From assembly GCA_964588985.1 (NCBI GenBank), contig CAZPQW010000016.1, positions 1-64,000 on the forward strand: 64,000 nt of DNA, given 5' to 3'. The stretch is from an uncultured Solirubrobacteraceae bacterium (lineage in GTDB: Bacteria > Actinomycetota > Thermoleophilia > Solirubrobacterales > Solirubrobacteraceae). Under the pieces are notes generated by a model, which saw only the letters and a program-made list of their open reading frames with translations, made no database searches and had not been told where the DNA came from. Positions 1 to 14,317 of the stretch are shown here, piece by piece. Numbering within the stretch: position 1 is the first letter of the stretch; every line of letters begins with the position of its first letter. Both the position numbers and the translations under genes were made by a program.

Positions 1-3421
<3,421 letters not shown>

Positions 3422-3766
3422 GAAACGACTCCTTCGGAGGGCGATACACGGGCAGAGGAGGGCGCCGAAGCGCGACTAGGAAAGATAGCACAGGCTATCC
3501 CTACCCAGAAGGGCCGCCAGCACTCACGGACCCCACCCTTCGAGAAATTCGCGTATGTGGCGCGACCTCGGCGTATCGGGTGGCTGCGACTATCGGCTAG
3601 CGGACGGCACTTTACCGGAAAGCGCGCGATTTTGTTATCGGCGCATAAAGAAGGCCCCGCCAAGCCGCTCCATCCGAGAGCAGCCGACAAACTGCGCCCT
3701 CGGCCTTAGTAGTGCTTTGTTAGGTGGTCGGGGCGTTCATGGACCAAGCCGGGCGACGCGGGCGCC

Positions 3767-3795
3767 CGAAGCCCGTGCTGGTGGCACGGGCTTCG
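3767..3795 (-). terminator. 12-bp stem-loop downstream of the inserted two-gene cassette
   Basis: CGAAGCCCGTGC-tggtg-GCACGGGCTTCG perfect inverted repeat. Confidence 0.5.
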
Positions 3796-3872
3796 AGGGC
3801 ATGTGGCGATCCGGCGCCGCGTACACGGACGCATCCGGACGTGCCGATCATTTTGAAACAGGTTCTTAGCGC

Positions 3873-4061
3873 CTACTTGAGGTAGCCACGTCTGCGCAGA
3901 GTGTCGAGGGCGCTCTTGATCTCAGCGCGGGAACTCGCAAGCGTGCGGCCGTATTTCGCGGACTTTCGATCAGCCATCTCGATAGCGGACCGATTTCGCT
4001 CGCGTACCCGCTCGATGCTCCACAGGGTGTTCTGTACGCGCTCGCGCTCCTCCGGGGTCAT
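3873..4061 (-). CDS. Small basic helical hypothetical protein (62 aa)
   Basis: ATG overlaps the upstream gene's stop (ATGA) and follows an AGAGGAG SD; amphipathic helical sequence. Confidence 0.65.
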   Translation of the reverse strand: MTPEERERVQNTLWSIERVRERNRSAIEMADRKSAKYGRTLASSRAEIKSALDTLRRRGYLK

Positions 4062-4558
4062 GGCTTCTCCTCTTGCCGGCTTTGCAGTCTATCTATGCGA
4101 TCGGCGAGGAACTCAATGCCCAATCGAGCCTGCGCGAGAGCGTTGTCGCCCTCCAGGAGCCTCTGCTGCAAACCTTCGATGGTCTCTCTGGCATCGTCAA
4201 GGTCGGTATCGAGGGTCTCTGCGCCCCGCTCGACCCGAGCGATTGGCTCTGATGCCTTGAACGGCCCGAGCTGTGCGAGCCAACGACGCTCAACGACCAA
4301 GCCGACGACTGAGATCACGACATAACCGGCGGCAAAGATGAGAGCCACCCTGATCAGCAGAATGACGACCCGGCTGTCGAAGATGTTGTCTACGAAGCTC
4401 GGGTTCTTTGTCGTCGGCAGCTGGCTCGGGTAGATCTGTGTGCCGGCAAGGACAACGGCAGCCACGAGCGCGAGGAGCGCCGTGATCCCGACGAGCGCCT
4501 GCCACAGCGGGGTCTGCTCCTGCCGGGCGTCCCGGTCGAACGTGGTGTCTTCATTCAC
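4058..4558 (-). CDS. Hypothetical membrane protein, 2 TM helices plus C-terminal coiled coil (166 aa)
   Basis: Two hydrophobic stretches then a heptad-rich acidic tail; TAGCAT -10-like box 7 nt before the GTG. Confidence 0.75.
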   Translation of the reverse strand: MNEDTTFDRDARQEQTPLWQALVGITALLALVAAVVLAGTQIYPSQLPTTKNPSFVDNIFDSRVVILLIRVALIFAAGYVVISVVGLVVERRWLAQLGPFKASEPIARVERGAETLDTDLDDARETIEGLQQRLLEGDNALAQARLGIEFLADRIDRLQSRQEEKP

Positions 4559-4664
4559 GCGGCGGATGCTACGCCGCGCTTAGGGTGGTTCAGTCGAGCG
4601 CTCTACTTCCTACTTCAAGGACACCCGGCGTCGTACACCAGAGCGCCCCCTCGGCAAAAGCGAA

Positions 4665-4713
4665 GCCGTCCGTCGGATGGTCGTCGCGAAGTCACGACCA
4701 TCCGACGGACGGC
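4665..4713 (-). terminator. 20-bp perfect hairpin after rplL
   Basis: GCCGTCCGTCGGATGGTCGT-9 nt loop-ACGACCATCCGACGGACGGC immediately 3' of the rplL stop. Confidence 0.75.
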
Positions 4714-4720
4714 GCAGCGC

Positions 4721-5110
4721 CTACTTCACCTCCACGCTAGCCCCAGCCTCCTCGAGTTCCTGCTTGAGCTTGTCGGCCTCCTCGCGGTCGATGCCCTCCT
4801 TGACGGGCTTGGGGGCCTCGTCGACGAGCGCCTTGGCCTCTTTGAGCCCGAGGCCGGTCGCCGCGCGCACGACCTTGATGACCTGGATCTTCTTGTCGCC
4901 TGCGCCCGAGAGGATCACGTCGACCGTGCTCGATTCTTCCTCCGCGGCCGCGTCGCCGCCACCGCCGCCACCCGCGGGCGCGGCAGCCGGGGCTGCCATC
5001 GCGGCGGCGGACACGCCGAACTCCTCCTCGAGCGCCTTGATCCGCTCGGCGAGCTCGAGCACCGAGATGCCCTTGAGCTCCTCGATCCAATCCTGTGTGC
5101 TGGTTGCCAT
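4721..5110 (-). CDS. rplL: 50S ribosomal protein L7/L12
   Basis: [36 protein letters not shown]. Confidence 0.99.
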   Translation of the reverse strand: MATSTQDWIEELKGISVLELAERIKALEEEFGVSAAAMAAPAAAPAGGGGGGDAAAEEESSTVDVILSGAGDKKIQVIKVVRAATGLGLKEAKALVDEAPKPVKEGIDREEADKLKQELEEAGASVEVK

Positions 5111-5115
5111 GGTGT

Positions 5116-5922
5116 TCAGTCCTCCTTGGTGGGATTCGTCTCGGCGTCCTCGGGCTGAACCTCAGCCGAGACGTCCGCCTGGTTGTCGTCTGCTTGGGCC
5201 GGCTCGTCTGCCTCCGGCTCCCCCTCCGGGGACGATGCAGTCTGTGTCTCCGCGCTGGCCTCGGCCTCCGCGGGCGCCTCGGCCTCTGGCTCCTGCGCCG
5301 CCGGTGCGTCCTCGGCTGCGGGCTCCTCGGCCTTCGGCTCCTCCGGCGCGGGCTCCTCGGCCGCTGCCTCCGCGGCCGCGGGGGGAGCGCCGGCGGGGAT
5401 CTCGCCGGAAGCCTTCTTCTCGTGCACCTGGCCGAGGGCGACCGCGAGGCCGCCGATGAGAGCGCCGAGCGAGCGCACGAGACCGGAGATGGGCGAGGCG
5501 ACGACGCCGACGAGCTGGCCGTAGAGGACCTCACGCGAGGGCAGGCGCGAGAGCGAGCGGATCTGCTCGACGTCGAGCGCAGAGCCTTCCATCAGCCCGC
5601 CCTTGAAGGGCAGCAGCTGGGTCGCTTTGGCGTAGTCGGCGAGCGTCTTGGCCGCGGTGGCCGCGTCGCCACGCACGAACGTCAGTGCGGTCGGGCCGGC
5701 GAGGTAGTCCTTGAGCGCCTCGGCGCCCACCTGGTCGGCGGCGCGCTCGGTGAGCGAGTTCTTGACCACCTTGAAGGTGGCGTCGGCGTCGCGGAGCTTG
5801 GTGCGCAGCTCGGCTACCTGCGCGACGGTGATGCCTCGGTAGTCGACGGCGAAGATCGCCTCGGACTGCTCGATGTTCTCGGCGATCTCAGCGATCGCCA
5901 CGGCCTTTTGGTCTCTGTTCAT
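5116..5922 (-). CDS. rplJ: 50S ribosomal protein L10 with long acidic C-terminal tail
   Basis: [27 protein letters not shown]; operon position. Confidence 0.97.
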   Translation of the reverse strand: MNRDQKAVAIAEIAENIEQSEAIFAVDYRGITVAQVAELRTKLRDADATFKVVKNSLTERAADQVGAEALKDYLAGPTALTFVRGDAATAAKTLADYAKATQLLPFKGGLMEGSALDVEQIRSLSRLPSREVLYGQLVGVVASPISGLVRSLGALIGGLAVALGQVHEKKASGEIPAGAPPAAAEAAAEEPAPEEPKAEEPAAEDAPAAQEPEAEAPAEAEASAETQTASSPEGEPEADEPAQADDNQADVSAEVQPEDAETNPTKED

Positions 5923-5929
5923 TTGGGGC

Positions 5930-6010
5930 TCCTATCCCGGTCTTACACCGCTGGCCGATCTTCGATCGTCAGCGCGTTTGCCGGGGTTCTTCGGTGGCCT
6001 GTAGGAAGAT
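5930..6010 (-). promoter_or_regulatory. Possible L10 leader (rplJ autoregulatory RNA)
   Basis: Structured rplA-rplJ spacer at the canonical L10-leader position; fold not verified. Confidence 0.4.
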
Positions 6011-6013
6011 GCG

Positions 6014-6745
6014 CTAGGCGGCGATCGTCGCCGCGGGCGCCTCCTCGAGGATTTCACGTGTACGGCTGGTGTCGACCTTCACGCCCGGACCCATCGTCGA
6101 GGCGACGGTGATCGAGCGCAGGTAGCGGCCTTTCGCTGCCGACGGCTTTGCGCGGATGAGCTCTTCGACCACCGCTGCGTAGTTCTCGAGCAGCGTGCGG
6201 TCCTCGAAGCTGGCCTTGCCGATCACCAGGTGCACGATCGCGGTGCGATCGGTGCGGTATTCGACCTTGCCGGACTTGGACTCCTGGACCGCTTTGGCGA
6301 CGTCCATCGTGACCGTGCCGACTTTCGGGTTCGGCATCTTGCCGGACGGGCCGAGGATGCGCCCGAGCTGACCGACGACGGACATCATGTCGGGGGTGGC
6401 GATCGCGACGTCGAAGTCGTCGAAGCCCTCCTGGATCCGTTTGGCGAGGTCCTGGGCGCCCACGACGTCGGCGCCGGCCTCTTCGGCCTCGCGCGCCTTG
6501 TCGCCCTGTGCGAACACCGCGATCTTGACGTCTTTGCCGAGCCCGTTCGGGAGCGCGATCGTGCCGCGCAGCTGCTCGTCGGCGTGACGCACGTTCAGCC
6601 CGGTGCGGACGTGGACCTCGATCGACTCGTCGAATTTGGCGTTCGTCAGGGAGCGCACGAGCGCGATCGCCTCGGCGGGCGCGTATTCGCGCTCGCGGTC
6701 GACCTTCGTGAGGCTCTCGGAGTAGCGCTTGCCGTGTTTGCTCAT
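6014..6745 (-). CDS. rplA: 50S ribosomal protein L1
   Basis: [37 protein letters not shown]. Confidence 0.99.
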   Translation of the reverse strand: MSKHGKRYSESLTKVDREREYAPAEAIALVRSLTNAKFDESIEVHVRTGLNVRHADEQLRGTIALPNGLGKDVKIAVFAQGDKAREAEEAGADVVGAQDLAKRIQEGFDDFDVAIATPDMMSVVGQLGRILGPSGKMPNPKVGTVTMDVAKAVQESKSGKVEYRTDRTAIVHLVIGKASFEDRTLLENYAAVVEELIRAKPSAAKGRYLRSITVASTMGPGVKVDTSRTREILEEAPAATIAA

Positions 6746-7167
6746 GATGTGACGTCAACTCCCATCGAGCGCGCGGTGCCGGCGATGATCTTCGAGGCCT
6801 GCTCGACGTCGTGCGCGTTGAGGTCGTCGAGCTTGCGCGCGGCGATCTCGCGCAGCTGGTCCTGGGTGATCGTGCCAACCTTCACGCGGTTGGGCTCGCC
6901 CGAGCCCTTGTTGATTTTGATCGCCTGGCGGATCAGCACCGCGGCGGGCGGGGTCTTGGTGACGAACGTGAACGAGCGGTCCTCGTAAACGGTGATCACC
7001 ACCGGGATGACCGTCCCCGTTTCGCTCTGCGTCTGCGCGTTGAACGCCTTGCAGAACTCCATGATGTTGATCCCGTGCTGACCCAGCGCAGGGCCGACCG
7101 GCGGGGCGGGGCTCGCCTGCCCGGCGTTCGCCTGCAGCTTGATAGTCGTCAAAACCTTCTTAGCCAT
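6742..7167 (-). CDS. rplK: 50S ribosomal protein L11
   Basis: [32 protein letters not shown]. Confidence 0.99.
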   Translation of the reverse strand: MAKKVLTTIKLQANAGQASPAPPVGPALGQHGINIMEFCKAFNAQTQSETGTVIPVVITVYEDRSFTFVTKTPPAAVLIRQAIKINKGSGEPNRVKVGTITQDQLREIAARKLDDLNAHDVEQASKIIAGTARSMGVDVTS

Positions 7168-7689
7168 TTAGAGCTTCTTCACTTGATCGAATTGGACCTC
7201 TACAGGGGTCTCCCTGCCGAAGATTGATACCAGCACCTTGAGCCGCGAGGCGTCCTCGTTGATCTCGGAGATCTCGCCGGAGAAGTCCGACAGCGGCCCG
7301 GAGACCACCTTGACGGACTCGCCGATCGTGAACTGGGCGCGGGTGCGGGTCGCGGTGGCGACCTCCTTGTGCAGCAGGCGGTCGACCTCCATCTGGGTCA
7401 GCGGCACGGGCTCCTGGGAGGCGCCGACGAACCCGGTCACGCCGGGGGTGCCCTTGACCACGCCCCAGGAGTCCTCGTTGAGCTCCATGTTCACGAGCAC
7501 GTAGCCCGGCATGGTGCGCTTCTCGACGGTGACCTTCTGGTTGTCCTTCATCTCCGACACCGCTTCGGTGGGGACGACCACGCTGCGCACCGCGCGCTGC
7601 TGGCCGAGGGAGATGAGCCGGTGCTCGAGGTTGTGCTTGACCTTGTTCTCGTGACCGGAGTATGTGTTGACGACGTACCAGCGAAACAT
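7168..7689 (-). CDS. nusG: Transcription termination/antitermination factor NusG
   Basis: WYVVNTYSGHENKVK..PGYVLV..SIFGRETPVE. Confidence 0.98.
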   Translation of the reverse strand: MFRWYVVNTYSGHENKVKHNLEHRLISLGQQRAVRSVVVPTEAVSEMKDNQKVTVEKRTMPGYVLVNMELNEDSWGVVKGTPGVTGFVGASQEPVPLTQMEVDRLLHKEVATATRTRAQFTIGESVKVVSGPLSDFSGEISEINEDASRLKVLVSIFGRETPVEVQFDQVKKL

Positions 7690-7767
7690 TCAGAGACTCC
7701 TGTGCTGCATTTCGAGGGAGCGGAAGAAGAAGATGGATGTGAGAGAGCGGTCTGACGTCATCGGACG

Positions 7768-8313
7768 TCAGAGGATGAATTCGACGAGTTCCTTGGCTAC
7801 ATAGTCGGCGAGACCGAGGTACGCGCCCGCGATGGCGACGAAGCCGAGCACGACCGCGGTCGCCTGGCTGACCTGCCGGCGGTCGGGCCACTGCACGCGC
7901 TGGAGCTCGGCCCAGCTGGCGCCGAGAAAGCCGATCGCGCGGTTGCCGCCGCGCAGTGGAGCACCGGAGGGACGCTCGAGGTCGCCGCCGCCCCCTCCGT
8001 CGTCGCTGCCGCCACCGCCGCCTTTACCGGCAGCGCCGCCTCCACCCGAGCCACCGGCCGGAGCCTGGATCTCGTCGCGCGTCGCGAGCCCGTCGCCATT
8101 GGTGTCCTGCAGCTCGCTGTCGGGCGTGACGGTGACGCCGCCCGCGCCGCGCACGAGCGCGGCGTCGAACTCGTCGACGTCTCCAGAGGCGTGCTCGAGC
8201 GCCCCGGGGACGTCCGTCCGCACGGGCTGGCTGGGCACGGCCTCGACGCGGCCACCGGCCGTCGTGCCTCGCCGAGCGCGGCGTTGCTTTGCACGTTTGC
8301 GGTCACGAGCCAC
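7768..8313 (-). CDS. secE: Preprotein translocase subunit SecE with long disordered N-terminal extension
   Basis: C-terminal ELQRVQWPDR motif plus one TM helix; between rpmG and nusG. Confidence 0.92.
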   Translation of the reverse strand: MARDRKRAKQRRARRGTTAGGRVEAVPSQPVRTDVPGALEHASGDVDEFDAALVRGAGGVTVTPDSELQDTNGDGLATRDEIQAPAGGSGGGGAAGKGGGGGSDDGGGGGDLERPSGAPLRGGNRAIGFLGASWAELQRVQWPDRRQVSQATAVVLGFVAIAGAYLGLADYVAKELVEFIL

Positions 8314-8328
8314 AGCAGCGCTCCCGCG

Positions 8329-8493
8329 CTAGCGAGTCTCCCGATGGCTGGTGTGCTTGCGACACCAGCGACAGTACTTGCGCAGCGACACCCGGTCGGG
8401 GTTGTTGCGCTTGCTCTTGTTTGTCTGGTAGTTGCGATGCTTGCACTCCTCGCAGGCGAGGGTGATAGCAATTCGAACGTCTCCGCGGGCCAT
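8329..8493 (-). CDS. rpmG: 50S ribosomal protein L33 (Zn-binding form, two CxxC pairs)
   Basis: [38 protein letters not shown]; start moved to the ATG at 8493. Confidence 0.98.
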   Translation of the reverse strand: MARGDVRIAITLACEECKHRNYQTNKSKRNNPDRVSLRKYCRWCRKHTSHRETR

Positions 8494-8702
8494 GATCAAA
8501 AATCCCTGCGTCGGTGTGGAAGCGACCCCGGGCGAAGAAAAACCCCGCCCAGGCGCGAGGTCCAAGCAGTCTAGCGCGCTTTTCGTCTCGTGTGATTCGC
8601 CCGCTCCGATGCGGCCCTAGCAGGGACCGGGAACCTAGACTCGAAACCCGCAAGCGAGCGACGCTGCGGCCGCCGACCCGCCCATCAGAGAAGGAGACAC
8701 CC

Positions 8703-9467
8703 ATGCACCTGCCCGAGCCGATTCCCCCCGTCGTCCACGACGAGTCCTTCGCCGGAGTCACCTACCACATACGCGGGGAACTGGTTCCCGAGCTGCAGAT
8801 CGAGATCTCCAACCAGTCGGTGATGTTCGAGCACCACGTGCTGCTGTGGAAGGAAACGCAGCTCAACATCGAGCTGAAGAAACTGCCGGGCGCGATCAAG
8901 CGCAAGATCGCCGGCCTCGAGTTCTTCGTCACGAAAACCTCCGGCACGGGGCGGATCGCGTTCTCGCGCGACTCGCCCGGCCAGTGCATCCCGCTGCACC
9001 TGCGCCAGGGCGAGGGGCTGGACGTGCGCGAGCACCAGTTCATCGCGGCGACCGACAACCTCGACTACAGCTTCGAACGGATCAAGGGCGTGCAGAACAT
9101 GCTCCTCGGCGGCTCGGGCTTCTTCATGGACAAGTTCCGCGCCACCGACGGCGACGCGCTGGTGTGGCTGCACGGTCACGGCAATGTGTTTCTAGTGCAG
9201 CTGATGGAGGGCGAGCAGCTCGACGTGGAGGCCGGCGCATGGCTCTACAAGGACCCGTCGGTGAAGCTCGAGGCGGTCACCATGGGGTTGAAGACGGGCA
9301 TCTTCGGCGGCGGCGGAAAGCTCACGTGGAATCGCTTCACGGGGCCCGGCCGACTGGCCATCCAGACGATGTTCATCGCGCCGATGGAGGGCATCGAGAG
9401 CCCCGCCACCGCGGCCGGCGCCGGCGGGGTCGCGGGCGCGCTGATCTCGGGGCTGGTGCGCGGCTGA
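8703..9467 (+). CDS. AIM24/DUF124 family protein
   Basis: AAGGAG SD before ATG 8703; GGSGFFM, WLHGHG and FTGPGRLAIQTM motifs. Confidence 0.85.
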   Translation: MHLPEPIPPVVHDESFAGVTYHIRGELVPELQIEISNQSVMFEHHVLLWKETQLNIELKKLPGAIKRKIAGLEFFVTKTSGTGRIAFSRDSPGQCIPLHLRQGEGLDVREHQFIAATDNLDYSFERIKGVQNMLLGGSGFFMDKFRATDGDALVWLHGHGNVFLVQLMEGEQLDVEAGAWLYKDPSVKLEAVTMGLKTGIFGGGGKLTWNRFTGPGRLAIQTMFIAPMEGIESPATAAGAGGVAGALISGLVRG

Positions 9468-9470
9468 TCG

Positions 9471-10547
9471 CTACTCGTACAGAGTCAGGGTCGCGAGGAT
9501 CACATACAGCGCCACGAGCGACCAGCCCTCGAATTCGGCTGCCTCGCCGTCGCCGGTGACCTGCCACAGGGCGAGCGCGGTCAGCGCGAGCGCGCCGATG
9601 AGGACGGGCGCGAGCGCGAACGTGAGCGTGGTGGCGAGCATGAACGAGATCAGCACGAGCACCGGGAACAGGAACGCCGCGATTTGGGCGACGGAGTTTT
9701 TGACCACCGAGATCGCGAGGTCAGAGCGTCCCTTCCACGCGAGCACCAGCCCCGCGGTGTTCTCCACCGCGTTGCCCGCGATCGCCACGATCACGAGCCC
9801 CGCGAACGCCTGGGAGATGTGCAGCTGGACGATCGCGGGGGACAGCGCGTTGACGAACCAGTCCGACACGAACGCCGATGCGGTGCCCGCGACGATCAGC
9901 AGCGCGAGCGTGAATCCGAGCGACAGCCGCAGCGTGCGGACCTCGGACTGCTCGGGCGGGCTCTCCGGCTTGCCGTCGGCGCGCAGGTACGGCACCACCC
10001 AAGCCATATAGACGACCAGCAGGCACACCGCGCCCACCGCGGAGATCGCCTTGACGTGATGGCTCGCCGGGTCGTGCGCTCCGAGCGAGAGGCCGAGCAG
10101 CACGAGGATGAACACCGTCACCTGAAGCAGCGTCGCCGTGTCTCTCGGCAGGCGCTTGGAGAAGCGCATCAGGCCGTCGTCGGAGCGGCGGGCGCCGACC
10201 ACGATCACGAGGCCGAGCACCAGCAGCGCGTTCGCGAGGATCGATCCCACGATCGCCGTCTGCGCGACGATCAGCTCGCCCTTCTGCAGCGCGAAGATCA
10301 CCACGAACAGCTCCGGCAGGTTGCCGAGCGTCGACTGCATCATCCCCGTCACGCCCGGCCCAAAACGCTCGCCGAGCTGCTCGGTGGCGAACGACACCAC
10401 CCACGCCAGGCCCGCCAGCGCGAGCGTCGCGACCCCAAAGCGCGGGACCGCCGCCCAGGTGCCGTAGTCGGCGATCCCGGCGAGCGCGGTGAGCAGCGCG
10501 ATCGCCGCCAGGGCTGAGCGCTCAAGAGGAGTGATGCCGACGGCCAC
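9471..10547 (-). CDS. Ca2+/H+ antiporter (CaCA/ChaA family)
   Basis: Alpha-repeat motifs GNLPELF, GSILANALLVLG and AIAGNAVEN; multi-TM; start approximate. Confidence 0.9.
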   Translation of the reverse strand: MAVGITPLERSALAAIALLTALAGIADYGTWAAVPRFGVATLALAGLAWVVSFATEQLGERFGPGVTGMMQSTLGNLPELFVVIFALQKGELIVAQTAIVGSILANALLVLGLVIVVGARRSDDGLMRFSKRLPRDTATLLQVTVFILVLLGLSLGAHDPASHHVKAISAVGAVCLLVVYMAWVVPYLRADGKPESPPEQSEVRTLRLSLGFTLALLIVAGTASAFVSDWFVNALSPAIVQLHISQAFAGLVIVAIAGNAVENTAGLVLAWKGRSDLAISVVKNSVAQIAAFLFPVLVLISFMLATTLTFALAPVLIGALALTALALWQVTGDGEAAEFEGWSLVALYVILATLTLYE

Positions 10548-10575
10548 GCTCCGGCGACAATATCCTGCAGCACAG

Positions 10576-11364
10576 ATGCGCCTCACCACATTCCTCGCAC
10601 CAGGCTCGAGCACTCCCCGCGCGGGCGAGGTCCGCGACGAGCGCGTCTACGCATACGCGCAGGAGGAGCTCACGGTGCTCGACCGCCTCGCGGGCCCCGA
10701 GGCAGCGCCCGTGGAGGGGCCGTCGTGGGCGCTCGCCGAGGTCACGCTGCTCGCCCCCGTCCCCGCTCCCCGCGCGATCTTCGGGATCGGCCTCAACTAC
10801 GCCGACCACGTCCGTGAGACCGGCGGCGAGACGCCCGAGCGCCCGATCGTGTTCATGAAGCTGCCCTCCTCCGCCGCGCCCCCCAACGCACCCGTTCACC
10901 GCCCCGAGGTGGTTCGGCTGCTGGACTACGAGGGCGAGCTCGCGGTGATCATGGGCCCCGGGCGCTCCGTCGCCGGCTACGCCGTCGCCGACGACGTCAG
11001 CGCGCGCGACCTCCAGGGCCGCGAGCCGCAGTGGACGCGCGCGAAGGGCGCCGACGGCTTCTGCCCCTATGGCCCGTGGATCACCACCGCCGACGAGGTG
11101 CCCGACCCCCACACGCTCGCGCTGCGCACGTGGGTCAACGGCGAGCTGCGCCAGGACTCCAACACCTCCAACCTGATCTTCACCGTGCCCCAGCTGATCG
11201 AGTTCATCTCCGAGACCTGCACGCTGCAGGCCGGCGACGTGATCCTCACTGGCACGCCCTCAGGCGTCGGGCTCGGGCAGAGCCCGCCCGCTTTCCTATC
11301 CTCGGGCGACGTCGTGCGGATCGAGATCGAGCGCCTCGGCGCGATCGAGCACGCGATCGCCTAA
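10576..11364 (+). CDS. Fumarylacetoacetate hydrolase family protein
   Basis: IGLNYADH, LDYEGELAV, DVSARDLQ, GDVILTGTPSGVG. Confidence 0.95.
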   Translation: MRLTTFLAPGSSTPRAGEVRDERVYAYAQEELTVLDRLAGPEAAPVEGPSWALAEVTLLAPVPAPRAIFGIGLNYADHVRETGGETPERPIVFMKLPSSAAPPNAPVHRPEVVRLLDYEGELAVIMGPGRSVAGYAVADDVSARDLQGREPQWTRAKGADGFCPYGPWITTADEVPDPHTLALRTWVNGELRQDSNTSNLIFTVPQLIEFISETCTLQAGDVILTGTPSGVGLGQSPPAFLSSGDVVRIEIERLGAIEHAIA

Positions 11365-11432
11365 CCGGGACGCACCTGCAACACCACCATGCGAACCGAG
11401 TAGCCGGCCGTGCCGGCCTTCCTAAAAATCCG

Positions 11433-12014
11433 TCAGTGGTTCTCGAGGATTTTGTCCACGAGCCCGTACTCAAGCGCCTGCTCGGCGGTGAAGAAGCGGT
11501 CGCGCTCCATGTCCGCGCGCACCTGCTCCTCCGGTTTGCCCGTCGCCTCCGCGTAGATCGCGTCGATCTCTTTGCGCATTTTGATGATCTCGCGCGCGTG
11601 GATCTCGATGTCCGTCGACTGGCCCTCGAAGCCCGCCGATGGCTGGTGGATGAGGATCCTCGAGTTGGGCAGCACCGCGCGCTTGCCCTTCGTGCCCGCC
11701 GCCAGCAGCAGCGAGCCCATCGACATCGCCACCCCCACGCACATCGTCGCGATGTCCGGTTTGACGAATCGCATCGTGTCGTAGATCGCCAGGCCCGAGT
11801 AGATCGAGCCGCCGGGCGAGTTGATGTAGATCGAGATGTCCTTGTCCGGGTCCTGGCTCTCCAGGTGCAGCAGCTGCGCCACCACCAGGTTCGCCACCTG
11901 ATCGTCGATCGGCGTGCCCAGGAAGATGATGCGCTCGTTCAGCAGTCGCGAATAGATGTCGAACTCGCGCTCGCCGCGTGCCGTGCGCTCTATGACCATC
12001 GGGATCAGTGGCAT
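11433..12014 (-). CDS. clpP: ATP-dependent Clp protease proteolytic subunit
   Basis: [29 protein letters not shown] (catalytic Ser), ILIHQP. Confidence 0.97.
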   Translation of the reverse strand: MPLIPMVIERTARGEREFDIYSRLLNERIIFLGTPIDDQVANLVVAQLLHLESQDPDKDISIYINSPGGSIYSGLAIYDTMRFVKPDIATMCVGVAMSMGSLLLAAGTKGKRAVLPNSRILIHQPSAGFEGQSTDIEIHAREIIKMRKEIDAIYAEATGKPEEQVRADMERDRFFTAEQALEYGLVDKILENH

Positions 12015-12133
12015 GGATCCCACCCTAGCGCTCGCCACCCGGTAGCCGTATGTCCGGGTTCCCGCATGCAGGGTCGGGGTAGGCGTGGGAGCGACGATGG
12101 ACACTCAAGCCTCGCTATATCTGGAGATGCCAC

Positions 12134-12676
12134 ATGAGCTTTCGTCCCGCCCCGCACAGCCCTGTCCCGCGCACCCCGCGCATTCGCCTCGCACTCGCCG
12201 CCGCGGCGATGCTCGCGACGTTCGCGTTCGTCGCGGGCGCGGTCGCGATGACCAGCCACGCCGGTTGGCCGCCTGACGAGCACCTCGTCATGGACAAGGG
12301 CCCCGCCGGACGCACCCACACGCTGAGGGGCAAGCCGAATCTCCACAACTACCTGCTCGGCGGCTACGGCAACGACACCATCTACGGCGGCGAAGCCGGC
12401 GACGTGATCTGGGGCGACTACCACCCCTCCGGCTGGCCCGCGCACCAGACCGCCGTCATCCACGCCGGCAACGGCAAGAACTTCATCTACTCCAACGACA
12501 CCGTCAACTACGTCTGGACGGGCACCAACCCCGCCACCGTCGTGCACGCGCACGAGGACTCGGGCGTCATCCACTGCGAAAACCCGCACATCGTCGTCTT
12601 CACCAGCCACCACGCCCTGCCCCACTACAAGCTGCACGGCTGCCGGCACATCAGCTTCTACTCCGTCGGCTACTGA
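12134..12676 (+). CDS. Secreted protein with RTX/hemolysin-type Ca-binding repeats, His-rich
   Basis: Signal peptide; LLGGYGNDTIYGGEAGDVIWG; GGAG SD. Confidence 0.75.
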   Translation: MSFRPAPHSPVPRTPRIRLALAAAAMLATFAFVAGAVAMTSHAGWPPDEHLVMDKGPAGRTHTLRGKPNLHNYLLGGYGNDTIYGGEAGDVIWGDYHPSGWPAHQTAVIHAGNGKNFIYSNDTVNYVWTGTNPATVVHAHEDSGVIHCENPHIVVFTSHHALPHYKLHGCRHISFYSVGY

Positions 12677-12682
12677 CGCCGC

Positions 12683-13675
<993 letters not shown>

Positions 13676-13728
13676 AACGCGGTTCCTTTCGGTCGAAGTC
13701 GTGACCCGCTTCCAATAATGTGCGTGTC

Positions 13729-14301
13729 GTGTTCCCCCTGAACCTACCCAACCTGCTCACCGTCCTACGCATCATGCTCGTGCCGGTGCTCGTCGTCGCG
13801 CTGCTCGGGAACACGCCCGCCGGCGACGTGCTCGCCGCCGTCGTGTTCGCGCTCGCCTCGCTCACCGACTTCATCGACGGCTACCTCGCTCGCGCTCGCG
13901 ACTCGATCACCACGTTCGGCAAGCTCATGGACCCGCTCGCGGACAAGCTGCTGATCGTCGCCGCGCTCATCTCGCTCGTGTCCCTGCACCGCCTCGCCGC
14001 GTGGGTCGCGATGGTCATCATCACGCGCGAGCTCGCCGTAACGGTGCTGCGCATGGCCGCCACGCAGGCGGGCGTCGTGATGGCCGCGAGCATGTTCGGC
14101 AAGATCAAGACCTGCCTGCAGATCGCCGCGATCCTCGCCGTCATCGCAGTTCACGGCACGCCGCTGTGGGTCGCCGCGCTGCTCTACCTCACGGTGATCG
14201 TCACCGTGCTCTCCGGCCTCGACTACTTCTTCGGGATCCGCCGCCGGATGGCCAAGCTCGACGCGCAGGCCGAGAAGCTCGAGACCCAAGCCCGCGGCTA
14301 G
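13729..14301 (+). CDS. pgsA: CDP-diacylglycerol--glycerol-3-phosphate 3-phosphatidyltransferase
   Basis: [10 protein letters not shown]; [24 protein letters not shown]-alcohol phosphotransferase motif. Confidence 0.93.
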   Translation: MFPLNLPNLLTVLRIMLVPVLVVALLGNTPAGDVLAAVVFALASLTDFIDGYLARARDSITTFGKLMDPLADKLLIVAALISLVSLHRLAAWVAMVIITRELAVTVLRMAATQAGVVMAASMFGKIKTCLQIAAILAVIAVHGTPLWVAALLYLTVIVTVLSGLDYFFGIRRRMAKLDAQAEKLETQARG

Positions 14302-14317
14302 GACAGCCGCGGCGGGC

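Noticed and set aside
8314-8700. Expected tRNA-Trp or other tRNAs around rpmG-secE
   Set aside because: No cloverleaf found; the rpmG-secE gap is only 15 nt. tRNA-Tyr and tRNA-Thr lie elsewhere on the opposite strand.
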